Shown here: positions 18,904-26,152 of the stretch, piece by piece
How the letters are laid out: each line of letters opens with the position of its first letter
Numbering within the stretch: the first letter of the stretch is position 1
Virus record (IMG/VR): IMGVR_UViG_3300028966_000062
DNA: 64,000 nt
Strand: one strand, 5' to 3'
Origin: a virus
The notes under the pieces: generated by a model
What the model was told of the DNA's origin: nothing
Seen by the model: only the letters and a program-made list of their open reading frames with translations
The model's database searches: none
Position numbers and translations under genes: made by a program

Positions 18904-19230
18904 ATGCGTGAGAGAAAGGTTCTGAAGGTCATACGAGTTGATGACTTTTTAAAGTACATAAGAAAAAAGAGAGTGTGGGTTTGTTTTGTTTGCAATGGTG
19001 TAGATGTTCACATGGTCTGTAACAAAATGAACGATGTTGGAACAGAGACACATGGGATCGTTAAAGGCATTGGCTTCTTCGGAAACGAAAGTCATATTGA
19101 GCTGCGGCAAGAATGCCACGAAGCAAGGAGGATTGAGCTTAGACCGGGCGATAAAGAGAAAGCGTATGAGATGATATTCGATAACACAAGCGTGTTCGTA
19201 TCAGAGAATCCCGAGTTGTACGGGCACTAA
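18904..19230 (+). CDS. hypothetical Cys-rich protein (108 aa)
   Basis: ATG 18904 after GGAGGG; CFVCNG...HMVCNK. Confidence 0.5.
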   Translation: MRERKVLKVIRVDDFLKYIRKKRVWVCFVCNGVDVHMVCNKMNDVGTETHGIVKGIGFFGNESHIELRQECHEARRIELRPGDKEKAYEMIFDNTSVFVSENPELYGH

Positions 19231-19249
19231 AAATATTTTCAAAAACCTC

Positions 19250-19278
19250 TTGACTTCTGAAATGGTATCCTGTATAAT
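19250..19278 (+). promoter_or_regulatory. sigma70-like promoter TTGACT-17-TATAAT embedding reverse copy R2 of 21-nt motif
   Basis: TTGACT 19250-55, spacer ends GGTATCCTG, TATAAT 19273-78. Confidence 0.6.
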
Positions 19279-19285
19279 ATAGCTA
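19265..19285 (-). repeat. 21-nt conserved motif copy R2 (GTATCCTGTATAATATAGCTA on + strand)
   Basis: matches consensus in reverse orientation. Confidence 0.7.
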
Positions 19286-19321
19286 TGGAACGGAGCTACA
19301 CTATTATAGAGGAGAAAAACT

Positions 19322-19741
19322 ATGGACAACAATATTGACCCAAAGGTCGGAGAGGTTTGGTTGGTCGATTTGTCCAATGCAACAGGTCATCAGCAGCGCG
19401 GTATTCGACCGTTCGTTGTGACAAGCAACAACAAGCGCAACTTCTTCAGTCCCACAATCAAAGGGAATCCGTTGTCTTCCAGAATATACAAGCGTTCTCC
19501 GGTTCATGTTCTACTCTCGAAAGAAGACTGCGATTTCCTAGAGGTTGATAGTATTGTTCTTTGTGAAGAGACTGATACACTTAACAAAGGACAGTTCATC
19601 AAAAAGCTTGGTGTCTTGTCTGAGCGTCATATGAATATGATCGCAATGGCAAGATGCAAGGATGAACCGTTTTTACTCGCAGCATTCCTGAGCGGCGTAC
19701 AACATACCATGGAATTTCAAAATTTTGCCGCATTTGCTTGA
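19322..19741 (+). CDS. MazF/PemK-family endoribonuclease toxin-like protein
   Basis: GEVWLVDLSNATGHQQRGIRPFVVTSN aligns with MazF GDLIWVDFDPTKGSEQAGHRPAVVLSP; later VLCEETDTLNKGQFIKKLG; no obvious antitoxin partner. Confidence 0.65.
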   Translation: MDNNIDPKVGEVWLVDLSNATGHQQRGIRPFVVTSNNKRNFFSPTIKGNPLSSRIYKRSPVHVLLSKEDCDFLEVDSIVLCEETDTLNKGQFIKKLGVLSERHMNMIAMARCKDEPFLLAAFLSGVQHTMEFQNFAAFA

Positions 19742-19794
19742 TTTTTTATAATGGTTAATGGTACACTACATATAATAAGAAGGAGTGTGCCACT

Positions 19795-20721
19795 ATGCTT
19801 ACTGAAGAAAAGATCAAAGCTTTTGCTGAAAAGTATTCTGATAGAAGCGGTGAGTTTGTTGTATCGACGCTTAACCATGTTCTGGGTTACGAGGCTGAGC
19901 GTGGGTATGAGTTGTTTGACTTCACAAAAGATGATTTCGTAAAGATGTTTGCCAAATATAATTGGGTGAACTCGAGTCGTTCGTTTAAAAATGTGAAGTC
20001 AATAATCACAGGCTACATCAAAAGCGAAAACAAAACAAGCATGTATGATCTGGCTGACTTTTCAGAGAGCGATGTAAGCGCAGACAATATGTATGCGGAT
20101 AAATACTTTGCATCAGTTGATGAGTTTGTTGACTTCTTAAATAAGTATGAAGAGCCATATCAGATTCGTATGAACGTGATTGCTGCACTGTACTGGATTG
20201 GCCTTACTTCTGAAGAAGTTTCTAACCTGACGATTAACGATGTCGATTTTGAATCTTGTACTGTTCTTGATAAGACAGGTGTTGATGCAAAGTTGATGGA
20301 TATTATTAAGCAGTGTTATGAAATGAAACAGTATGACGCTCCCAATAAGGGAGGGTATAGGGCATTCTATGTCATGAATGGTGATTACATCATTCGTAAA
20401 ACCGAGGATAGTATCGGTGCAGACAGTGACCCAAAGATGTCTGTGCATACAATTCATACCTATTTTATGCGGTTGAATAACATCCTCGAAAAAAGATATC
20501 ACTCAAAGGCTTTAGATCGAAGGCATCTAACCAGAAACGGCGAATACGTGAAGGTCTACGACTACTGTAAGAATAATCCAGAATTTAATCTTGCAGAACT
20601 TAGTTTCGGAAATGGTAAAGACCCTCTTGCAGACATTATCGGAAGAAAGTGTAGCAAGGTTGCCTACATTAGCTTCAGACAAGGATACAAAGGTTGGGTC
20701 GAATATTTCCATAAAAATTAA
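19795..20721 (+). CDS. hypothetical protein (308 aa), weak integrase core-binding-like N-terminus
   Basis: SD AAGGAG; no catalytic motifs recognised. Confidence 0.55.
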   Translation: MLTEEKIKAFAEKYSDRSGEFVVSTLNHVLGYEAERGYELFDFTKDDFVKMFAKYNWVNSSRSFKNVKSIITGYIKSENKTSMYDLADFSESDVSADNMYADKYFASVDEFVDFLNKYEEPYQIRMNVIAALYWIGLTSEEVSNLTINDVDFESCTVLDKTGVDAKLMDIIKQCYEMKQYDAPNKGGYRAFYVMNGDYIIRKTEDSIGADSDPKMSVHTIHTYFMRLNNILEKRYHSKALDRRHLTRNGEYVKVYDYCKNNPEFNLAELSFGNGKDPLADIIGRKCSKVAYISFRQGYKGWVEYFHKN

Positions 20722-20726
20722 AAACA

Positions 20727-20750
20727 GGGGGCTTCGGCTCCTTGATTTTA
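20727..20750 (+). terminator. rho-independent terminator-like hairpin (UUCG tetraloop) followed by T-rich tract
   Basis: GGGGC-TTCG-GCTCC then TTGATTTTA. Confidence 0.45.
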
Positions 20751-20756
20751 ATACGT

Positions 20757-20777
20757 TAGATATATAATACAGGATAC
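20757..20777 (+). repeat. 21-nt conserved motif copy F2 (TAGATATATAATACAGGATAC)
   Basis: upstream of gene 20808. Confidence 0.65.
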
Positions 20778-20807
20778 TTAAAAATAGTATTTGAATGGAG
20801 AATAACA

Positions 20808-22874
20808 ATGTCTGATTTCAAGAAATTTCGTGCACTACTGCAGGATCACTTCAATGAGATGGTGAAGGATGGCGCACCTCTGTTTATCACCAATGCAGAT
20901 GAGGATAAGCTATATGACCTCTATCTGGACAGCTTCCCGGCTGGCACGAACTCCATCTTCCGTAAGCGGCGTAAGTATGATTGCTCCTACTGCCGTCGTT
21001 TCGTAAAGAACATTGGTAAGCTGGTTTCCTTTATGGATGGTCAGATGGTTACCGTCTGGGATTTCGATACCAAGTCCGACGTTTATCAGCCGGTTGTGGA
21101 TGCGCTGGCTACTTATGTGAAAACCTGTGCTGTTGTGAATCCGTATTATGTTAGCCGCAATATGATCTCCGATGGCAAGTTCGGCACGGAGGTAAACTAT
21201 GAGTACGATGCTGATCATAAGGCGGTTCACACCTGGGATCATTTCGCTGTCGAGATTCCTCAGCGGTTCATTGTCAATTCCTGCGATGTGACTACCAAGA
21301 TGGCCGAGTGGCGTGATTCTGCTAATGTGTTCAAGCGTTCTCTGGAGGAGCTGACCATGGATGCCGTGGACACCGTACTTGAGCTGATTGCGCAGAACAG
21401 CCTGTATCGCGGCAAGGAGTTTGAATCTCTGGTTCGTGGCTTCAAAATCGATAAGCGAGTGTATGATCGTCTGCCTGATGAAAAGAAGTCCGCTTATGTT
21501 TGGATGGCTCCCGGCGGTGCGTCGATGAACCGGCTTCGTATTCGTAACACCGCTATCGGCACCCTTCTTATCAATTTGAGCGAAGGCATGGATGTGGATT
21601 CCGCCGTTACCGCCTTTGAGAAGGTTGTCGCTCCTGCCAATTACAAGCGTCCCAAAGCTATTTTCACTAAGAAGATGCTGGAAGATGCACAGAAAACCGT
21701 TACTGAGTTGGGTTACATGAACAGTCTGGGTCGCCGATTTGCCACTCTGGATGATATTACTGCCAACAATATTCTGTTCTGCAACCGCGATGCCGCTCCT
21801 CGTGTAATGGGGGCAATGAACCCGTTCGAGGCAATGGCAAAATCTATGGGCACCGATCCTAAGAAGTTCGGTCGCGCGGAGGAAATCGGCATCGACAAGT
21901 TCATCAGAGACGTGCTGCCGACTGCAACGGGCCTAGAGCTGTTTATGGAGAATCGTTTCGAGAAGAATATGATGTCTCTGATTGCTCTGCAGGATAAGGC
22001 TGCGCCGTCTATGTTCAAGTGGCCTAATGGTTTCAGTTGGGCATATACCGGCAACATGACTGACAGCCAGATTCGGGAGAACGTCAAGAATGCTGGCGGC
22101 AAAGTCGATGGCGTGCTGCGTTTCTCTATTCAGTGGAACGATAAGCCGGGCGAGTGGGATGAAAATGATGAGGATGCTCATTGCATTGAACCCGATAAGA
22201 ATCACATCTATTTCGGCAGCAAGTGGCACCCTCGTACTGATGGCCGCCTGGACGTAGATATTATGCGTCCCATTCGCTATAAGGCCGCGGTCGAGAATAT
22301 CACCTGGCCTGACATCAAAAAGATGAAGGAAGGCGAGTACAGCTTCTATGTAAACTGCTTCGCTAGTCGCGGCGGCAAAACCGGTTTCCGTGCTGAAATC
22401 GAATTCGATGGCAACATCTACTCGTTTAACTACGATAAGCCGCTGCATGGTGGTCAGAATGTAGCTGTGGCAAAGGTCACTCTGAAGGATGGCAAATTCT
22501 CTATCAAGGAACTGCTTCCCAGTTCTACCAGCACCCGTGAAATTTGGGGTGTGAGTTCCAACCAGTTCGTACCTGTGTCTGTGGCGATGTACTCTCCGAA
22601 CTACTGGGACGAACAGACCGGCAATGGCAATCGTCACTACTTCTTCATGCTCAAGGATTGCGTCAACCCCGAAAAGCCGAACGGATTTTACAACGAATTC
22701 CTGAAGGCGGAATTGCTACAGCATAAGCGAGTATTTGAGGCGCTGGGTTCTCAGATGGCAGTTCAGTCGGTAAATGATCAGCTGTCCGGCGTTGGATTCT
22801 CTGAAACGAAGCAGGATTCCTTTATTGTTAAGGTGCAGGGAGCTACTGAGCGAATTTTGAAAGTGGTTATCTGA
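20808..22874 (+). CDS. large hypothetical protein (688 aa), GC-rich codon usage unlike neighbours
   Basis: long ORF, SD AATGGAGAA; ~50 percent GC with CTG/GGC/CGT codon preference; no domain recognised. Confidence 0.7.
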   Translation: MSDFKKFRALLQDHFNEMVKDGAPLFITNADEDKLYDLYLDSFPAGTNSIFRKRRKYDCSYCRRFVKNIGKLVSFMDGQMVTVWDFDTKSDVYQPVVDALATYVKTCAVVNPYYVSRNMISDGKFGTEVNYEYDADHKAVHTWDHFAVEIPQRFIVNSCDVTTKMAEWRDSANVFKRSLEELTMDAVDTVLELIAQNSLYRGKEFESLVRGFKIDKRVYDRLPDEKKSAYVWMAPGGASMNRLRIRNTAIGTLLINLSEGMDVDSAVTAFEKVVAPANYKRPKAIFTKKMLEDAQKTVTELGYMNSLGRRFATLDDITANNILFCNRDAAPRVMGAMNPFEAMAKSMGTDPKKFGRAEEIGIDKFIRDVLPTATGLELFMENRFEKNMMSLIALQDKAAPSMFKWPNGFSWAYTGNMTDSQIRENVKNAGGKVDGVLRFSIQWNDKPGEWDENDEDAHCIEPDKNHIYFGSKWHPRTDGRLDVDIMRPIRYKAAVENITWPDIKKMKEGEYSFYVNCFASRGGKTGFRAEIEFDGNIYSFNYDKPLHGGQNVAVAKVTLKDGKFSIKELLPSSTSTREIWGVSSNQFVPVSVAMYSPNYWDEQTGNGNRHYFFMLKDCVNPEKPNGFYNEFLKAELLQHKRVFEALGSQMAVQSVNDQLSGVGFSETKQDSFIVKVQGATERILKVVI

Positions 22875-22888
22875 AAGGAGAAATAATT

Positions 22889-23272
22889 ATGGAAAAGAAT
22901 CTGTTTGAAATTGCAACCCGTAATCGCTATCGCTTCAACTATAAGGGTGTTATGACTGTTGAAGATCTGTGGGCTCTGAGCGTCGAGGCACTGGATGCGA
23001 TTTTTAAGACTCTGAACCGTCAAAAGAAAACCGCAGATGAAGATTCTTTGCTGGCTGTTAAGAGCGCCGAAAATACAGAACTGGAAAATAAGATTGAGCT
23101 AGTCAAATACATCGTTTCTGTCAGGCTGGCCGAGTACGAGGCACGTGTGGACGCCGCAGAGAAGAAGGCGCAACGTGATAAGATTATGAAGATCGTTGCA
23201 AAGAAGAAGGACAAGGAACTTGAAGATATGGACGTTGACCAGCTAATGAAGAAGCTGGAAGAGTTGAATTAA
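22889..23272 (+). CDS. hypothetical K/E-rich coiled-coil protein (127 aa)
   Basis: SD AAAGGAGAAA. Confidence 0.55.
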   Translation: MEKNLFEIATRNRYRFNYKGVMTVEDLWALSVEALDAIFKTLNRQKKTADEDSLLAVKSAENTELENKIELVKYIVSVRLAEYEARVDAAEKKAQRDKIMKIVAKKKDKELEDMDVDQLMKKLEELN

Positions 23273-23289
23273 ATAGACATTTTATCGTG

Positions 23290-23316
23290 ATTTTCGTTAA
23301 AATAATTAACGAAAAT
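23290..23316. promoter_or_regulatory. 27-bp perfect palindrome ATTTTCGTTAA-AATAA-TTAACGAAAAT (operator or hairpin)
   Basis: exact 11-bp inverted arms upstream of RNA ligase gene. Confidence 0.4.
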
Positions 23317-23339
23317 ACGTTAGAATTTTGAGGTGATTT

Positions 23340-24008
23340 TTGATGAAAACCTACGAAAAAATCGAAACGGTGTTTAATCGTGATATCGAAGGCACTAAAA
23401 AGCTGATTATCGGTGATTTTCGTAATGAAACCATTGAGTTCCTACAAAATAATGAGTGGGAATTTACTGAGAAAGTGGATGGCACGAATGTGCGTGTTTG
23501 CTGGGACGGTCATAAAGTCAGCTTTGCCGGACGAACTGAACGTGCAGAACTTCCAAAGAATCTGCTGAATGCACTAAATGAAATTTTCGGTACTTCTGAA
23601 GCAGAGGAATTGTTTGAACAGACTTACGGTGATAAAGAAGTAATCCTCTTTGGAGAGGGTTATGGTGGCAAAATTCAAGGATGTGGTCATGGATACCGAC
23701 CTGATGAGTGGTTCATCTTGTTCGATGTCCTGATTGGTGATAACTACCAGAGTAGAGAGTGGGTTGAAAAGACTGCTCAGATGTTTGGTATCCAAGTAGT
23801 TCCTATTTTGTTTACAGGGACGATTCGAGACGGTATCAAGTTTGTGTGTCAACATCCGAAGTCTACGGTTTCGATTGATGACATTTATATGGAAGGTCTG
23901 GTTGGTCGTCCAAAGGTTGAGTTGAAAGACCGCAGAGGTAATCGAGTAATTGTCAAAATCAAGTGGAATGACTTCAAGGATATCGCTGATACGCTTGGTA
24001 ATGAGTAA
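23340..24008 (+). CDS. RNA ligase-like nucleotidyltransferase (Rnl2-type NTase domain only)
   Basis: motif I EKVDGTN (KxDGxN), EGYGGK, IVKIKWNDF (KxK) in 222 aa. Confidence 0.55.
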   Translation: MMKTYEKIETVFNRDIEGTKKLIIGDFRNETIEFLQNNEWEFTEKVDGTNVRVCWDGHKVSFAGRTERAELPKNLLNALNEIFGTSEAEELFEQTYGDKEVILFGEGYGGKIQGCGHGYRPDEWFILFDVLIGDNYQSREWVEKTAQMFGIQVVPILFTGTIRDGIKFVCQHPKSTVSIDDIYMEGLVGRPKVELKDRRGNRVIVKIKWNDFKDIADTLGNE

Positions 24009-24076
24009 TTAAGACATTTTCTTCCTCCGAAAATGCCCTGAGCGGGGCTGACAGCCGGGAAAGACCGGCAATATAT

Positions 24077-24161
24077 GCCAAGGTGCTGCAAATGGGAGAC
24101 AGGGCGAGCCCAAACCTCGCTGTGGAAACACATGCGGTTTCGAATACCGTCCTTGGCACCA
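24077..24161 (+). tRNA. tRNA-Leu (anticodon CAA), class II long variable arm
   Basis: acceptor GCCAAGG/CCTTGGC, anticodon arm GCGAG-CCCAAAC-CTCGC, variable hairpin TGTG-GAAA-CACA, T-arm GCGGT-TTCGAAT-ACCGT, discriminator A + CCA; position 33 is C (unusual). Confidence 0.55.
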
Positions 24162-24200
24162 GAGTCCGAATATTCATTTATTAGATGTTGGAGGCATTTT

Positions 24201-25097
24201 ATGAAAAAGATTGATAAACTTACAAAAGAAGAAATTGAGCAAGCTTTTGAGGAAAGCAAAAGTTAGGCTGCGGTTGCGGAGAAGCTTGGATATTCAAAAA
24301 ATGGTGGAAGTACGAATCACGTACTTCAAGATTGTGCAAAAGCGCACAATATAAATACTTCTCATTTCACTGGGCAGGGCTAGAATAAAGGGAACGTGGA
24401 TTTGTCTCGTTTTAAAAATGGAAGACGAATAAAGGATTTAAAATCCGCACTTCTTTCTATCAAACCATATAAGTGTGAATGTTGTGGAAACTCTGAATAG
24501 ATGGGCAAACAGATTCCATTGCAAGTACATCATATTGACGGAAACCACATAAATAATGAGTTAGACAATCTTCAGTTGCTTTGCCCGAATTGTCATGCAC
24601 AAACTGATAATTGGTGCAAAAATAATATCGGGAAATACAAGACTGTGAGCGATAAAGATTTTCTTGATGCGTTAAAAACAACATCAACTATAAATGCCGC
24701 TCTTGAAAAAGTTGGAATTTATTATTCTGCGAGAGTGTGGTATGACAAAGCAAGGCAACTAATGATTGAAAACAACGTAACTCAAATTCCACGTGAAAAG
24801 GTTATCCGTGAGAAAAAAGAAAGAAAAAGAAGAAAAATCAAATATTGTTCAATATGCGGAAAAGAAATGAGTCCGCGTGCAAAAGGATGTCTCTGTAAAA
24901 ATTGTTTAAAAGGAAATCCTTACAGTAAACGCATTGATTTTCCTGATAAAGAACAATTGATGGTAGACACAGCTTCAATGTCCTTTCAAGATGTTGGAAG
25001 AAAATATGGAGTATCAGGAAATGCCATACGTAAATGGTGCAAGTATTATGATTTACCATACAGAAAATTAGATATGAACAGTAAAGAGGAAAATTAA
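24201..25097 (+). CDS. HNH homing endonuclease with N- and C-terminal HTH-like regions; single reading frame containing three in-frame TAG codons (24264, 24381, 24498)
   Basis: KCECCGNSE-TAG-MGKQIPLQVHHIDGNHINNELDNLQLLCPNCHAQT HNH signature; no frameshift between segments; TAGs sit where conserved Trp is expected. Confidence 0.7.
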
Positions 25098-25141
25098 CGT
25101 TGATAAAAAAGAAGCTGTAAAAAAATACAGCTTCTATATAT

Positions 25142-25229
25142 GCCGCAGTGATGGAGTGACATACATTTCCCGCTTAAACCGGGACGCCTGAAATATGGAT
25201 CGTGGGTTTGAATCCCACCTTCGGCACCA
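25142..25229 (+). tRNA. tRNA-Leu (anticodon TAA)
   Basis: acceptor GCCGCAG/CTTCGGC, anticodon arm TCCCG-CTTAAAC-CGGGA, long variable arm, T-arm GTGGG-TTTGAAT-CCCAC, ACCA end. Confidence 0.6.
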
Positions 25230-25232
25230 TAT

Positions 25233-25306
25233 CGAGAACGTGGTGTAATGGTAACACGCCTGCTTTGGGAGCAGGAGTTGCAGTTCAAATCTGACGTTTT
25301 CGACCA
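25233..25306 (+). tRNA. probable tRNA-Pro (anticodon TGG), noncanonical T-stem
   Basis: acceptor CGAGAAC/GTTTTCG + A + CCA; anticodon arm CCTGC-TTTGGGA-GCAGG; T-loop TTCAAAT but only 3 bp T-stem. Confidence 0.35.
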
Positions 25307-25411
25307 GTTGGTTTCCCAACATGCTTTTCATAAAATACCTTTCCTATTATTCTTGGCTCTCCAAAAATGGAGCAATAGGACACAGCAAGCCAAGTATATA
25401 ATGCGTCGTAG

Positions 25412-25485
25412 CCAAGCGGTTAAGGCAGGGTCCTTTGAAGTCCCGATTGCGAAAGTTCGATTCTTTCCGGCGCAATTTATATGCC
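25412..25485 (+). tRNA. tRNA-Gln (anticodon TTG)
   Basis: acceptor TGCGTCG/CGGCGCA, D-arm GCC-AAGCGGTTAA-GGC, anticodon loop CTTTGAA, T-arm GAAAG-TTCGATT-CTTTC. Confidence 0.55.
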
Positions 25486-25492
25486 ACAGTGG

Positions 25493-25567
25493 TGGAATTG
25501 ACCTACACATCTATTTTAGGGGTAGACGCCGAAAGGCTTGCGAGTTTGAGTCTCGCCTGTGGCACCA
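25493..25567 (+). tRNA. tRNA-Leu (anticodon TAG)
   Basis: acceptor GCCACAG/CTGTGGC + A + CCA; anticodon arm TCTAT-TTTAGGG-GTAGA; long variable arm; T-arm GCGAG-TTTGAGT-CTCGC. Confidence 0.6.
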
Positions 25568-25666
25568 CGGTCATAGAATGGTTGCGTACCGTTTGTTGAT
25601 CTCCTTTACTATTATTCCCAGCTCGCCAGTGATGGTGCAGTAGTGTTTTGTAAGCTGGGTTTTCAT

Positions 25667-25741
25667 GCGGCGGTCGTACAACGGCTAGTACATCAGCCTT
25701 CCAAGCTGAGGATGAGGTTTCGACTACCTTTCGCTGCTCCA
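25667..25741 (+). tRNA. tRNA-Gly (anticodon TCC)
   Basis: acceptor GCGGCGG/TCGCTGC, D-arm GTAC-AACGGCTA-GTAC, anticodon arm TCAGC-CTTCCAA-GCTGA, T-arm GAGGT-TTCGACT-ACCTT, T + CCA. Confidence 0.6.
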
Positions 25742-25930
25742 ATCTCGTATGGGTAGGATCTTTGGCGGTCAGATCTGGCCGCGCCTGTGCGAGATACCAC
25801 CCCGAAAGGGGCGAGATATAGGAAATGTGCATCGCTGTTATTCCTTCCTCGTCTATATGATATAGATGCAATAGTGTTTTATAAGGAAGGTGCCCAGTTG
25901 AATAGTTGCAGCTATTTAACTGGTTTTTAT

Positions 25931-26011
25931 GGGACATTATCTCAATTGGTTAGAGAACTCAGCTCATAACTGAGCATATGTATCACGGTTCAAGTCCGAC
26001 ATGTCCCACCA
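25931..26011 (+). tRNA. tRNA-Met (anticodon CAT; initiator/elongator/Ile2 not resolved)
   Basis: acceptor GGGACAT/ATGTCCC + A + CCA; D-arm TCTC-AATTGGTTA-GAGA; anticodon arm CTCAG-CTCATAA-CTGAG; T-loop TTCAAGT with weak T-stem. Confidence 0.55.
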
Positions 26012-26114
26012 GCCCGAAAGGGCGTACATAAAACCCGCTAGAACTTTTGTTTTATAAGCGTTGAAATAATATGACGTTGATACGTCTATTGTTTTTCGCT
26101 TATTCTCTGAGATT

Positions 26115-26135
26115 TAGCTATATAACACAGGATAC
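26115..26135 (+). repeat. 21-nt conserved motif copy F3 (TAGCTATATAACACAGGATAC)
   Basis: immediately upstream of SD AAAAGGAGGTGG of the C5-MTase gene. Confidence 0.7.
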
Positions 26136-26152
26136 GAAAAGGAGGTGGTTTG

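Noticed and set aside
24009-24200. GC-rich structured stretch starting GGGGCTGA and ending ...GGCACCA looked like a tmRNA or a group I intron carrying the HNH ORF
   Set aside because: The 3' part folds as a complete class II tRNA-Leu(CAA) whose 5' acceptor arm GCCAAGG lies at 24077. There is no tmRNA tag-reading frame or pseudoknots. The upstream RNA-ligase ORF is intact with its own stop, so there is no evidence of an intron-split host gene.
24075-24266. Track ORF of 63 aa (MPRCCKWETGRAQ...)
   Set aside because: It overlaps the tRNA-Leu(CAA) gene and has no SD. The real coding signal here is the N-terminal segment of the HNH gene starting at 24201.
25742-25798. Possible eighth tRNA (acceptor-like ATCTCGT ... 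GCGAGAT-A-CCA)
   Set aside because: Only about 40 nt lie between the acceptor halves and there is no canonical D/anticodon/T arrangement. It may be a tRNA remnant or processing hairpin. It is not called.
25134-25969. Several 60-144 aa ORFs on both strands within 25134-25969
   Set aside because: They lie entirely over the tRNA cluster and lack ribosome-binding sites. They are spurious.
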